A stretch of DNA of 64,000 nucleotides, from contig OZ024763.1 in the NCBI GenBank assembly GCA_964016885.1, positions 2,790,001 through 2,854,000 of the forward strand, given 5' to 3'. The translations under genes were made by a program, and so were the position numbers. This DNA comes from Eledone cirrhosa (lineage: Eukaryota). Each line of letters begins with the position of its first letter. The first letter of the stretch is position 1. A model generated the notes under the pieces. The model searched no databases and was not told the DNA's origin. It saw only the letters and a program-made list of their open reading frames with translations. Shown here piece by piece: positions 11,851 to 26,063 of the stretch.

Positions 11851-13364
11851 CATCTTGATCCCGTATAGTGTTTGACTGGTATGAATGGGTGACTGCTGGT
11901 CTTCCACAAACAACCTTTCCTGGACTTCGGCCTCGGAGGAAGAACTTCCTAGGTACAAATCCCAAGGTCATTCATGACCGATGAGGGTCTTTGCCCTTAC
12001 GCTACCTATCTAAACATAAAGTGTTGATGAGCTGCCTCGGCTTATAAATGGGGTTTGGACTTTTGCCAATTTCTCAGATATAAAATAGTGGGGTCACCTT
12101 ATATCTGAGTATATACAGTAACAACAACAACAGCAACAACAATGTGGTAGTGGTGACCTCTAGTGGTGAAAGAGCAAAGCAAGAAGAAATATTTTCTAAT
12201 TTTCTTTTCTTTTTTTTTCCCCTGTATTTATTAACTTCTTTCTTTCTTTCTTTCTTTCTCAACCTTCCTCCTTTCCCCTCCCCCTGTCTCACGGAATATA
12301 TAATCGACCTTGTTATTATTATTATTATTATTATTATTAAACCAATCAAGTTCGTGTTTTCCACTTGATTCGTCCATTGGTTTTTTTTTTTATCTATTTT
12401 TTTTTTGGGGGGGGGGGGTGTCCCCTTAAAATAAGCAACCAAAAACTGCCAATGGTTCACACAGTAATGTCGTTGGTCGCTCAATTAGACTGGCACTGAC
12501 CAGCTGCAGCATCCAACTTTACGACAGTCACTGACACACACACTCACACAAACTCTCACATGTACACACACACACAAACTATCTCATATATATACACACA
12601 CCCACACAAACTTGCACACCCACACACACACAAAGTACCATTGAGATAATTTCAGGTGGTGAAGAAGAAAAAAACCAAATCTCTTTCCCTCGACACCCAG
12701 GGGCTGTATTTTTCATAAGGCTGAGGTGGTTAAAGCCCAGTGATCTTGTAGGGACTAGGGACCCTTACAAAAGACTACAGAGGTTCTGCAGGGACGAGGG
12801 AAAGGGGCTCCATCAATTTTTATTTTCGCATTTTTGCTGAGACTCTGTTACCCCCGTACCCTGGGGCTCCATTACCCCCGTCACCTGAGACTCTGTGACC
12901 CCATCACCTGGGGTTTCATTACTTAAAGGAGGGCTCAAAATACTTAACAAAAAAAGACAAAAACTTAAGGGCCTAGTCATGGGTTTAACACGGCCAAGCC
13001 CTACATCCATTCTGTTCTCAGACCCTGTTCCCACCCACTTCCCACACTCTGTTCCCTCACATGCCCACCCCACCCTGTTCCCATACACACACACAACCAC
13101 CCCCACACAAACCCTCTTTCCACACACCAATCCATTCTTCCACACACTCACCCTCTTCCCATACACAAACACCCACACTCTACCCTCTTCCCACACAGCC
13201 CCCACCTTCTTCCCTCACACACACAACTAATACCCCCCCACCCTATTCCCCCACCTCCACACAGCCACCCTTCTTTCAGTCCCCACCCTCTGTATATAGT
13301 CCAATTTGTCTTCTCAATTTAATCACACATTTCCAGTGTATATTATGTTATGTTATATAATTAA

Positions 13365-13493
13365 TTAATTAAGATAATAATAATAATAATATATATATTA
13401 AATATATATATATAATTATATATTATATATATATATATATATATAATTTTATATATATATATATGTATAATTATATATATCTGTATATATAAT

Positions 13494-13531
<38 letters not shown>

Positions 13532-13852
13532 ATATATATATATATATATATAATTATATATATATATATATATATAATTATATATATATATATATATATA
13601 ATTATATATATATATATGTATAATTATATATATATGTATATATAATTATATATATATATGTATAATTATATATGTATATATATATGTATATAATTATATA
13701 TATATAATTATATATATATATATGTATATAATTATATATATATATATGTATATAATTATATATGTATATAATTATATATAATTATGTATATATATATATA
13801 TATATGTATATAATTATATATATATAATTATATATATATATATGTATATAAT

Positions 13853-13894
<42 letters not shown>

Positions 13895-13900
13895 ATTATT
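13365..13900. repeat. (TA)n/TAAT microsatellite tract
   Basis: Direct reading. Confidence 0.95.
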
Positions 13901-14350
13901 TTTTGTTTCTTTCTCCAGAATGGTGCTGTCTATGTCTTTTAATGATTTCTATTCTGATACCAGCTGCACAACCCCCACCCTGCTACCCTACCCCACGCCC
14001 CTGCCACCTACAACCTAGCACCACCCCAACTCTGATGTTCACTAACCCTAACCCTCTTTTTTTTTTCTCTACAAAAATACATCAACTAAATAAAGTAAAG
14101 ATAAATTAAAATAAAATAAAATAAAATACTATGTTTTTCGGTATATACGATGCACCGGCGTATAAGACACACTGGTGTATAAGACGCACCGGCGTATAAG
14201 ACACACTGGTGTATAAGACGCACTGGTGTATAAGACGATCAGGCATTTATGACATGCCCTTAATTTGAAGAAAATAATTTTTGTGGGGAAAAAGTGTTGA
14301 TATACAACTACACATATACATGGCTTGTGTGAGTGTATATATACACACAC

Positions 14351-14381
<31 letters not shown>

Positions 14382-14899
14382 CACACATATATATATATAT
14401 ACACATATATATATATATATATATACATACACACACAAATGTATGTGTGTGTTTGTGTATATATATATATATACATGTATAGATATGTATGTACATATAT
14501 GCATTTATTCATATATATATATGTATATATACATACACACATGTATATATGTGTGTTTGTATATATATATATATATATATATACATGTTTAGATATGTAT
14601 ATACATGTATGTATGTGTATGTATATATATATATGCTAGCATGTATATATATTCATACATTTGATGCGTAAGAAAGACACAGTAAGATTTTAACATAAAA
14701 TATTTTGGTGGTGCATAAAATAAATGCATCTTAAACAAAGGTCGTGTGTTATATACCAGACAGACCCTAGTAAAATTTGGTCCTTTCCCTTAATTTAACA
14801 CTTTTACACTCCAACATATTAAAATATAATTTTAAATGGAAGGAAATACAGAGAAACTTCCACTTTCCATCGTCTGTATATAAACTGGGAAGTTATTCA

Positions 14900-14931
<32 letters not shown>

Positions 14932-16876
14932 CATACATACATATATATATATATGTGTGTGTGTGTATATATATTTGTATTTGTATGTATATATATTTGT
15001 ATATATATGTATTTATATATGTTTATATATATGTATGTATGTATATATGTTTATACATATGTATGTATATATGTTTATATATATGTAAGTATATATATTT
15101 ATATATGTATGTATATATATTTATATATGTATGTTTATGTATTAATACATGTATGTATATATATATATATTTATATATGTATGTTTATGTATTAATACAT
15201 GTATGTATATATATATATATATATTTATATATGTTTGTTTATGTATTAATACATGTATGTATATATATATATATATATATGTATGTATTTATACATGTAT
15301 ATATATATATGTGTGTATGGATATATATGTATGTATATATGTATTTATATATGAACATATATATATATCTAAGGATATATATGTATATGTATGGATATAT
15401 ATGTATGTATATGTGTGTGTATATATATATATATATATGTATATGTGTGTGTGTCCCAAATAACTGTACATTTATACCTCATGTACAGATTCTGTCCAAT
15501 TTCTTTCTCTGAAATTGTTTGTTTTCTATTTTGCGTCACACATACACACATACAATCTCACTACTTAGGTTAAAACCCTTTCATGGTCACTGGATTTCTA
15601 ATGAAAAAATACACTTTACTTCACTTGATTAATGTAATAAAGAATTATGAGGGATTTACTAAATTGCAACACTGTCTTTCTATTACCATCTTCTTATCCA
15701 TCCATGTATTCCTGAGAGGGTCTTGTGAGCAGTGTCCTCAGACACTCCTTCCCATGGGTCCTGTCAGAAGTAACCGTCTCTAACTGATCCGACTGCATCC
15801 CTCAAGCGAGACCAGCAGCCAAGCTCATGGATGTTATCCAACCATCTTGCTCGGGGTGGGTCTGATGGGAGTCTAACACTCACCAGTATACTCAGCTGAA
15901 AATGAGTACCAGCAATAGCTGGGGGTTTAAACCCTGCGATGGACTAGCGTCCTATCCAGGGGAAAGTTTTGTACTCTCTGTCATTTAACATCACAAAGGC
16001 CGGTATAAGTACCAGCCTGACAAGTCTGACAGACTTTAGACTTAGAATTTGATGATCATCTCCCTTTTTCTTCATTTAAATTTATTTAAATTAAAACTTT
16101 CCATTGTAATTTTATGTAAACGCCTTCTTAGTTTCGTTTGTTATTTTATGTTCCAAACACAAATTTAACAACGTCAGATATTTTATTAAATCCATCTAAT
16201 TTTTTTTTTTATTATTTTCAAAATTATTTGGAACATGTAGTAGAGTATGAAAAATCTTGATTGTATGGGAAAATAAAAATAAAATTGGACATTATCACCT
16301 GTGGAAATTGAACTGCAGGTAACACCGTCCACTTATTCCGACTCTAGGAGTTTATATACCAACTTCTGCTATTTTACATAGTAAAAATATGGTTATTTTT
16401 ACATTTAAGCAGTTGGCATTAAACTAATTTAGATTCGAAATTAAAAATTCGCTCGACACTTCGTAAATGATAAAATCAGTGTTGACTATAGGTAACACAG
16501 TCAACAGTCCTGTTATTCCATCTCTAGGGCCTTATTTACCAACTTCTTCCCTATTTTATTATAGTAAAAGAACCCCCTACATTTAAGCAACCAACATCAA
16601 GCTAACTTACATTTAAAATTCAAAATTCACTCAACTCTTCATAAATACAATTAAACTAATGTTGGCTGCAGGTCACATTGTCCACTCCATCACTAGGAAC
16701 TTATATACCAACTTCTTCCACTATTTTTCATATTCAAAATTCGCTCAATGTTGACATAGTAAAGTGTATATTTTTTTAGAAACACAGCCATGAAAGGGTT
16801 AAATAAATAAAACTCTCATTCATCTATTCTTGCCATAGCTATGATCACGTGTTTGCAATAACAAATGCAACTTCAT

Positions 16877-17105
16877 TTAACCTTTTACCATTTACATTAC
16901 TCTATATTTACTATTATATTTTTATGGTAAACACTTTATCTCACATAATTATCTTGCATAATATCGAATCTACAAGATTTCAATATTACTTATTTTGAGA
17001 ACAATACCTTAACTTAAGTATGAGCAGCTGGTTACAGCCAGTTTGAACAGAAAGAGGTGAGAGAATTCTGGCCGGATATGACCGGTTTAAATGTTAAAGG
17101 GTTAA
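16877..17105. mobile_element. piggyBac-like MITE copy
   Basis: TTAA ends. Inverted homologue of 8528-8756. Confidence 0.8.
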
Positions 17106-18475
17106 AACAAGGTCAATACACAAAACAACATAGCAAAAAGAAAAAAAAACAGCAAGATTAAATTATATTTTGTAAATGGCGATGTTTAAGGTTTTATTCA
17201 CATTTCGTATATAACAATATTTTTTTATAATCCATTCTTGAAAAGGCCACAAGAGAAATGAATCAACCATAGTTATTCTTTATTGATAGTCTCCCCCAGC
17301 CCCTCCTTTATCATCAGTTTCTCTTACACGGTGCCTGATAGGAGACCCCTCTTATATCATTAAAACACCCAAAAGACCATCCCTCCCTATCATTAAAACA
17401 CCCAAGAGAGCTCCTATGAGATTCAACTTCATTGGAGGTCAGCTAAACCTAGACAGGTGTGAGCCCAGATAGGACAGGGGGGCTCCTCTATCATTAAAAC
17501 ACCTAATAGATACCCCCTACTATTAAAACACTCAAAAGACCCGCCTACCATTAAAACACCAAAGAGAGCTTCTATAAGATGGATCTTCACGAGAAGCTAG
17601 CTAAATCTACACAGATATGAGCTGTAATAACTTCACCCTGTCATTGTCTCTCTTACAAAGGGACATGATATGACAGGGGGTCTATTTATCATTAAAACAC
17701 CCATAAGAACTCATGTGCGATACAATGTCATGGGAGGTGGGCTAAATCTACACAGGTGGTCACCTTTACCATTTAGAACACCCAAAAGACTTCCATTTTA
17801 GCTGCAATCTCATGTGTGACTAACTAAACCTACACAGGTGTGAACTGTAACAACTACAATATCCCGTAATCACTTGTCTCTCTCATCTCCCTCTCTCCTC
17901 TCTTTCTCTCTCTTACAGATGTGCATTTTTATGGTAGGGGGAATATTTCCACCTTTAATAAACCTTCTAATAATAATAATAATACATCTTGACCCCTTTT
18001 TCCCCTTCCACTTTTCTATTTTTCCCCTTTTTTCCTTTTTCCTCATTCTGAACATGGAATATTTTTTTGGCAAAGAAAGTTTTTTCTCTCTTTCTCCGTC
18101 GACTCGAAAACACAGAATCAGAAAAGAAACGAAAAGAAATTTAAAATTAAACCAAAACCAAAACGAAAAAAGAAGCCAAAATGAGAATCGGTTTTTTTTT
18201 TTCATTTTTTTTTTCAAAAACTAATTAATAAATAATAATTAATAAATATCCCAGAATCCAAGTTTTATTGAGAGAAAGGACAATAAAATTACAAATAAAA
18301 TTTTCAAAAAATTCTAAAACAAAGCAAAAGAAATGTAATAAAAATTATGAAATTTTCAGGTAAATTATTTCCTAACCCTATTTTGTCAGTCAATTGTATA
18401 TATGTGAATAAATCTTTAAATGAATGGCATTTTACTGACTTTGGCTCATTTATTTCTACCACTTTTCACCTCTTC

Positions 18476-18856
18476 TTAACCCTTTAGCATTTACATTACT
18501 CTATATTTACTATTGTATTTTTGTGGCAAAGGCTTTACCTTACATAATATCTCAATTAACATTTACATTACTCTACATATACTATTGTATTTTCAAAGTA
18601 AAGGCTTTATCTCACATATCTCATAACATTTACATTACTCTATATATACTATTGTATTTTCACAGTAAAGGCTTTATCTCACATAACATTTACATTACTC
18701 TATATATACTATTGTATTTTCGCAGTAAAGGCTTTAGCCCACATAATTATTTCATATAATATCAAATCTATGAGATTTTGATATTTATTTCGAGAACAAT
18801 ACCTTAACATCAGTATGAGTGGCCAGTTATGGCCGGTTTAAATGTTAAAGGGTTAA
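18476..18856. mobile_element. piggyBac-like MITE with internal tandem amplification
   Basis: TTAA-CCCT ends and four copies of a ~60-70 bp subterminal unit (catttacattactctatat...aaggctttatctcacata). Confidence 0.8.
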
Positions 18857-18929
18857 ATATGACACAATTGCGTTTGTTTAGTATTTTTTATATTGTTTTT
18901 AAATGTTTATATTCCTTGTAAATAATTAA

Positions 18930-20095
18930 AAAGCAGGCATTAGGAAGGGAGTCCAGCCACACCAAAGAAAAAAACCAAAGGTTTGCGAGGACTTCAGTCG
19001 TATCAAGGACATGACAACTTACCTGGTACTGGTACCATGATGAAATAAACCCAGTACACTCTGTAAAGTGTTTGGTGTTAGGAAGAGTATCCAGCTGTCG
19101 AAACCACATCAAATAAAAAGTTATGCCAAGGATATGACAATCTCCCTAGCACTGGTGTTATAAAAAAACACACCCAGTACATTCAGTAAAGGTTTTGGTG
19201 TTAAGAAGAGTACCCAGCTGTCAAAACCACATCAAATGACAATCTCCCTAGTACTGGTGTTATAAAGAAATATACTCAGCACTCAGTAAAGTTTTTGGTG
19301 CTAAGAAGAGTATCCAGTGGTCAAAAACAACAGAAAGTTGAGGACCCATCAGTACACACTATAAAATGGTTGTTGCTAACAGGGGCATCTAAACATAGGG
19401 CCACTCTTATCAAAGGTTTGAGAGGATCCTTCAGTCATGTTAAAAACATGACAATTTCTTTAGTACTGGTGTCATGATAAAATACACCCAGTACACTCTG
19501 TAAAATGTTTGGCCTTAGGAAGAGTATCCAGCTGTCGAAACCACATCAAATAAGAAGTTGAGAGGACCCTTCAGTACATAGAAAACAGGATTATTAAAGG
19601 TTTGAGAGGACCCTTTAGTCGTGTCAAAAACATGACAACTTCTTCAGGGCTGGTGTCACAATAAAATACACCCACTACATTCCATAAAGTAGATGATGTT
19701 TTAAGATAGGCATCTAGACATACAGCCATGCCTATCAACCACTTTACAGAGTGTACTGGGTGTATTTTACCATGGCACCAGTACAGAAGTTGTCATGTTT
19801 TGGACATGACTAAAGTGCCTTATCAATGAATTGAGAGGATGCTTTATTCATGTCAAAAACATGACAACTTCTTTAGTACTGGTGCTATGATGAAATACAC
19901 CCAGTACACTCTGTAAAGTAGTTGATATTAACAGGGGCATCTAGACATAGAGCCATGCCTATCAAAGAATTGAGAGGACACTTTAGTTGTGTCAAAGACA
20001 TGACAACTTACCTAGTACTGGTGCCATGATAAAATACACCCAGTACACTCTGTAAAGTGGTAGGAAGAGTATCGAGCTGTTGAAACAACAACAAA
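18930..20095. repeat. Degenerate array of SINE-body-like units, one unit inverted
   Basis: Repeated catgacaact..tagtactggtg..aaatacacccagtacactctgtaaagtg..ttaggaagagtatccagctgt. Inverted unit at about 19735-19815. Confidence 0.7.
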
Positions 20096-20209
20096 TAAAA
20101 GTTTCAGACGATAATATATCCTTTATTATTCAACACGTTCTACGAGAGATATTTGGCTGCAGTTTCTAATATTTTTAGGCAGCCATGTCTGCAAAACAAA
20201 AAACAACAA

Positions 20210-20502
20210 AAATAGAAAGTTATAAAGGGAAATAACTCCAATGTCAAGGGAAATAAATCTTAAAGGCTTTTCATAATAAAAAAAAAGTGAAAGTTATAAA
20301 GGGAAATAAATCTTGAAGACTTTTCATAAAAAAAAATGAGAAAGTTATAAAGGGAAATAAATCTTGAAGTCTTTTCATAATAAAAAAAAAATGAGAAAGT
20401 TATAAAGGGAAATAAATCTTGAAGTCTTTTCATAATAAAAAAAAAATGAGAAAGTTATAAAGGGAAATAAATCTTGAAGACTTTTCATAATAAAAAAAAA
20501 AT
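20210..20502. repeat. ~57-bp tandem repeat (gaaagttataaagggaaataaatcttgaagacttttcataata(n))
   Basis: About 5 units. Confidence 0.85.
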
Positions 20503-20635
20503 AAGATTGGTAACAACTGGTTTTGTGAAAGCATGGTAGCTGATGTCACTATTATGGGATTCTCTGGTAGTTGATATTTATGCAAGAGGTTCTTTTGGAT
20601 AATGGAGGTATTGAGGTTTGTATAGAGCCACCAGG

Positions 20636-20705
20636 TCAGATGCTCCCCCCCCCCCCCACTGCTTCTGAACTGGGACCTAGGATTAACGGTTGTGTCTTGC
20701 CGTGA
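20636..20705 (-). CDS. Candidate terminal exon of minus-strand microexon gene (SHGKTQPLILGPSSEAVGGGGSI*)
   Basis: Acceptor ctcttctatcatcctggatAG and phase compatible with the exon at 25621-25639. Minus-strand AATAAA downstream at 20122-20127. Contains a G13 run, so the frame after it is uncertain. Confidence 0.35.
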
Positions 20706-20729
20706 CTATCCAGGATGATAGAAGAGATA

Positions 20730-20763
<34 letters not shown>

Positions 20764-21002
20764 TATAAGGAGAAGAGGCACAAAAAGAAATATTTATTGA
20801 GGAGGTCACAGAATGTGTGACGAAAGAACTTTGACGAAATAAAATAAACAAATAAATTAATAATAAAGATAAATTGAAAATCATGTCCACGTGTTTTGTT
20901 TTTATTGGCAATACTGGGAGCATGGCCATCCCCAATATAACAATAAATATATGTATATATGTAACATATTAATAAATGAAAAATATTCTCAATCAAAATA
21001 TA

Positions 21003-21065
21003 TATTTTATTATACATATTTCAAAGGTACAATGGTGTTTCAGTACGTTTTCATCAGACAAAATA
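21003..21065 (-). ncRNA. Type I hammerhead ribozyme motif (family H1)
   Basis: Reverse complement tattttgt CTGATGA aaacgtac..gtaccttt GAAA tatgtata ataaaata. Confidence 0.65.
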
Positions 21066-21197
21066 TAAGATTTGATATGTGACATACCGCTACGGTTTTG
21101 ATTATTCAATTCCAATATATGCATATAACAAAGCAGACGACAGAGTACAATGAAGATATATTTTATTAGCTTTACGCTTGATATAGAAGGTAAGGTG

Positions 21198-21233
21198 TCT
21201 CAACGTTTCGGACGCTAGTCCTTCATCAGAAAA
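21198..21233 (-). ncRNA. Minimal hammerhead ribozyme motif (family H2)
   Basis: Reverse complement tttt CTGATGA a ggac tagc gtcc GAAA cgtt gaga, with palindromic ACGT helix III. Confidence 0.65.
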
Positions 21234-21304
21234 TAGAATGAGTAAAATAAAGAAAAAGAAACAGAGGAGAGTGGACAGTCGTAGAAACGTCACCATATCT
21301 TGTA

Positions 21305-24130
21305 AGTATGTATATATGTATGGCTGTATGTATGTATATATGTATGGCTGTATGTATGTATGGATGTATGGCTGTATGTATGTATGGATGGATGTATGTA
21401 TGTATATATGGATGTATGTATGGATGGATGTATATATGTATGTATGGCTGTATGTATGTATGTATATATGTATGGCTGTATGTATGTATGTATATATGGA
21501 TGTATGGATGGATGTATGTATGTATGGATGGATGTATGTATGTGTGTGTGTATGGATGTATGTATGTATGTATGTATGTATGCATGGATGGAAGGATGTG
21601 TGTATGTATGGATGGATGTATGGATGTATGCATGTATGTGTGTATGTATGTATGGATGGATGGATGTATGTATGTATGTGTGTGTGTATGTATGTGTGTA
21701 TGTATGGATGTGTGTATGTATGGATGGATGTATGTATGGATGTATGTATGTATGTATGTATGGATGTATGCATGCATGGATGTGTGTATGGATGTATGTG
21801 TGTATGTATGTATGTATGTATGCATGCATGCATGGATGGAAGGATGTATGTATGTGTGTATGGATGTATGCATGTATGTGTGTATGTATGTATGTATGTA
21901 TGTATGGATGTGTGTATGTATGGATGGATGGATGTATGTATGTATGTGTGTATGGATGGATATATGTATGGATGGATATATGTACGTATGGATGGATGGA
22001 TGTATGTATAGATGTATGTATGCATGCATGGATGGATGGGTGTGTGTATGGATGTGTGTATGTATGTGTGTGTGTATGTATGTATGTATGTATGCATGCA
22101 TGGATGGAAGGATGTATGCATGTATGTATGTATGGATGGATGGATGTGTGTATGGATGTATGTGTGTATGTATGGATGTATGTATGGATGTGTGTATGGA
22201 TGTATGTATGTGTGTGTGTATGTATGGATGGATGGATGTATGGATGGATGTGTGTATGTATGGATGTGTGTATGGATGGATGTATGTATGTGTTTGTGTG
22301 TATGTATGCATGCATGGATGGAAGGATGTATGTATGTATGTGTGTATGTATGGATGTATGCATGTATGTGTGTATGTATGTATGGATGGATGTATGTATG
22401 CATGGATGGATGGATGGGTGTATGTATGTATGTATGTATGTGTGTATGGATGGATGTATGTATGTATGGATGGATGGATGCATGTATGTGTGTATGTATG
22501 TATGGATGGATGTATGTATGTATGTATGTATGGATGGATGTATGTATGTATGTATGTATGTGTGTGTATGTATGGATGGATGTATGTATGGATGTGTGTA
22601 TGTATGTGTGTATGGATGTGTGTATGTATGGATGGATGTATGGATGTATGTATGTATGTATGCATGCATGGATGTGTGTATGGATGGATGTATGTATATA
22701 TGTATGTATGCATGCATGGATGGAAGGATGTATGTATGTGTGTATGGATGTATGCATGTATGTGTGTATGTATGTATGTATGGATGTATGGATGTGTGTA
22801 TGTATGGATGGATGGATGTATGTATGGATGTATGTATGCATGGATGGATGGGTGTATGTATGTATGTATGTGTGTATGGATGGATGTATGTATGTGTGTG
22901 TGTATGTATGTATGTATGTATGTATGCATGCATGAATGGAAGGATGTATGTATGGATGTATGCATGTATGTGTGTATGTATGTATGGATGGATGTATGGA
23001 TGGATGTGTGTATGGATGGATGTGTGTATGGATGGATGTATGTATGTATGTATGTGTGTGTGTATGTATGGATGGATGGATGTATGGATGGATGTGTGTA
23101 TGTATGGATGTGTGTATGGATGGATGTATGTATGTGTGTATGTATGTATGGATGGATGTATGTGTTTGTGTGTATGTATGCATGCATGGATGGAAGGATG
23201 TATGCATGTATGTGTGTATGTATGGATGGGTGTATGTATGTATGTATGTATGTATGTATGTATGTATGTATGTATGTGTGTGTGTATGTATGTATGTATT
23301 ATATATGTATGGCTGTATGTATGTATGTATGTATGTATGGATGGATGGATGGATGGATGGATGTATGCATGCATGGTTGTGTGTATGTATGTGTGTATGT
23401 ATGTATGCGTGTATGTATGTATGCATGTATGTATGTATGTATGTGTGTGTGTGTATGTATGTATGTATGTATATATGTATGGCTGTATGTATGTATGTAT
23501 GTATGTATGTATGGATGGATGGATGTATGTATGCATGCATGGTTGTGTGTATGTATGTATGTATGTATGTATGTATGTATGTATGTATGTATGTGTATGT
23601 ATGGATGCATGCATGGATGGAAGGATGTATGGCTGTATGTATGTATGGATGGATGTATGCATGCATGGATGGATGGGTGTATGTATCCATCCATGCATGC
23701 ATGCATGGATGGAAGGATATATGTATGGATGTATGCATGTATGTATGTATGGATGGATGTGTGTATGGATGTATGTATGTATGGATGGATGTATGGATGG
23801 ATGGATGTATATATGTATGTATGGATGGATGGCTGGATGTATATATGTATGTATGTATGCATGGATGGATGTGTGTGTGTATGTATGGATGGATGGAAGG
23901 ATGTATGTATGTGTGGATGGATGTGTGTATGTATGGATGGATGGATGGATGTATGTATGGATGTGTGTATGTATGGATGTATGGCTGGATGTGTGTATGT
24001 ATGGATGTATGGCTGGATGTGTGTATGTATGGATGGATGGCTGGATGTGTGTATGTATGTATATATGCATGGATGGATGTATGTATGTATGGATGTATGG
24101 ATGGATGTGTGTGTGTGTGAATATGTATGT
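21305..24130. repeat. 2.8-kb compound (TGTA/TGGA/TGCA)n microsatellite
   Basis: Direct reading. It is the source of the 650-940 aa pseudo-ORFs. Confidence 0.95.
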
Positions 24131-24162
24131 ATATAGATATAGATAGATATATATGTATTTAT

Positions 24163-24830
24163 ATGGTGGTGGTGATGGTGCTGGTGGTTATGGTGGTGGT
24201 AATGGTGGTGATGATGATGGTAGGGGTGATGGTGATGGTGGTGGTGTTGCTGGTGGTGATGATGATTGTGGTGGTGGTCATGGTGGTGATGGTGGTGGTG
24301 ATGGTGATGGTGGTTGTAGTGATGGTGGTGATGATGATGGTGGTGGTGGTCATGGTGGTGATGGTGGTGGTGATGGTGATGGTGGTTGTAGTGATGGTGG
24401 TGGTGTTGCTGGTGGTGGTGGTGTTGCTGGTGGTGATGATGATTGTAGTGCTGGTGGTGGTGGTGATGGTGGTAGTGTTATGGTGGTGATGATGATTGTG
24501 GTGGTGGTCATGGTGGTGATGGTGGTGGTGATGGTGATGGTGGTTGTAGTGATGGTGGTGGTGGTGGTGATGGTGGTAGTGTTATGGTGGTGATGATGAT
24601 TGTGGTGGTGGTTGTGATGGTGGTGGTGATGATGGTAGGGGTGATGGTGATGATGGTGGTGGTGGTTGTGGTGGTGATGGTAGGGTGATGGTGATGATGG
24701 TGGTGGTGGTGATGGTGATGATGGTGGTGGTGGTGATGGTGATGATGGTGGTGGTGGTGTTGATGGTGTTGGTGGTGGTAATGGTGGTGATGATGGTAGG
24801 GGTGATCGTGATGGTGGTGGTGGTGGTGTG
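24163..24830. repeat. (GGT/GAT)n trinucleotide repeat
   Basis: Direct reading. Confidence 0.95.
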
Positions 24831-24854
24831 TGTGTGTGGGGGGGGGGCTTGAAA

Positions 24855-25450
24855 TCCACGCAGAGGTTAACTTTACCTTTCATCATTGCTGGGGTTCGAA
24901 AAATAAAATACCAGTAATTCACTGGAGTCGATTTAATCGACTTTCCTCTCAAAATAAATTTTTTTTTTTCAATTATCGGCTTTGTACCTAAAATAGAAAT
25001 AAAGTACCAGTAATACACTGGCTTAATTGCTGGCCTTGTGCCATATGTAGAAACAATTATTATTATTATTATTATTTCATCCTTACGGGGGTCAATAAAA
25101 TAAAGTACCAGTAATACACTGGGGTTATCGCTTGCCTTGTGCCATAAGTAAAAACTATTATTATTATTATTATTATTATATAAAGTACCAGTAATACACT
25201 GGGGTAATTGCTGGCCTTGTGCCTAAAATAGAAACAATTATTATTACAAAACCAAGTACCAGTAATACACTGGTTAATTGCTGTTCTTGTGCCAAAAGTA
25301 GAAACTTTTATTATTATTAATATTTTTTCATTTTTGTCGGGGATCGATAAAATAAAGTACCAGTAATGCACTCGAGTCGATTTAATTGATTTTTCCCCGT
25401 CCCCTAAAATTGCTGGCCTTGTGCCTAAACCAGAAACTTTATTATTATTA
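24855..25450 (+). repeat. Tandem cluster of SINE A 3' halves
   Basis: About 6 iterations of aaagtaccagtaatacactgg..gctggccttgtgcc..gtagaaac(tat)n. Confidence 0.8.
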
Positions 25451-25620
25451 CATATAACAATGTGATTCCAGATTGACTTGACTGTTGTTTCTAGCAGGTG
25501 GAATGACCAGGTGGCAGGAAGATATCTGTTGTTTCATTGGCCAGAAGTCCATTACGTCATCATCAGCAGCAGATAGTATGTCTGACAATCATTCTGTGTT
25601 TGTCATTCCTTGGAACTTAC

Positions 25621-25639
25621 CTCATTTTTCTGTCTCTGC
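25621..25639 (-). CDS. Candidate 19-nt microexon (GRDRKM)
   Basis: Minus strand ttcttgtttgtgtttgttctgcctgtaAG | gcagagacagaaaaatgag | GTAAGT. Confidence 0.45.
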
Positions 25640-25927
25640 CTTACAGGCAGAACAAACACAAACAAGAAATTCAACCAAGTAAGAAAATGTGATGTAGTGG
25701 CATTCATATTTTTTATTTATTTTTTAAATATCGGCCATATTTTTTTAATTTAAATTTTTTTTTTTTTTCAATAAGTTAAATAAATTTATTTTATAAAATT
25801 TTAAATACAGGATGTCCCCCCAAAATATATACAAACTTCAACATATATATATATATATATATATGCAAAAGTTTTATTTAAAATTGTTGGAGTAGATATA
25901 CGATATTAAACAAATGGAAACTATATT

Positions 25928-25993
25928 TATTTCATTATACATATTTCAGGGATACCATATTAAAAATATGGCATGCCTTCGTCAGATAAAATA
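25928..25993 (-). ncRNA. Type I hammerhead motif (H1), left arm of palindrome
   Basis: Reverse complement of the copy at 26064-26129. Confidence 0.7.
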
Positions 25994-26063
25994 CAATATA
26001 TAAACAGTTTTATAAATAATTTTGACGTACGTCAAAATTATAAATACAATATATTATATATTG

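Noticed and set aside
11313-11958. Cys/His-rich repeat ORFs resembling zinc fingers
   Set aside because: 45-bp minisatellite open in several frames with no C2H2 spacing.
12813-13360. Pro/Thr/His-rich ORFs
   Set aside because: Low-complexity CA/CCC-rich sequence.
21102-24146. Very long ORFs (650-942 aa)
   Set aside because: Translations of a tetranucleotide microsatellite.
24127-25018. Gly-, His- or Pro-rich proteins
   Set aside because: (GGT/GAT)n trinucleotide repeat with no splice or start context.
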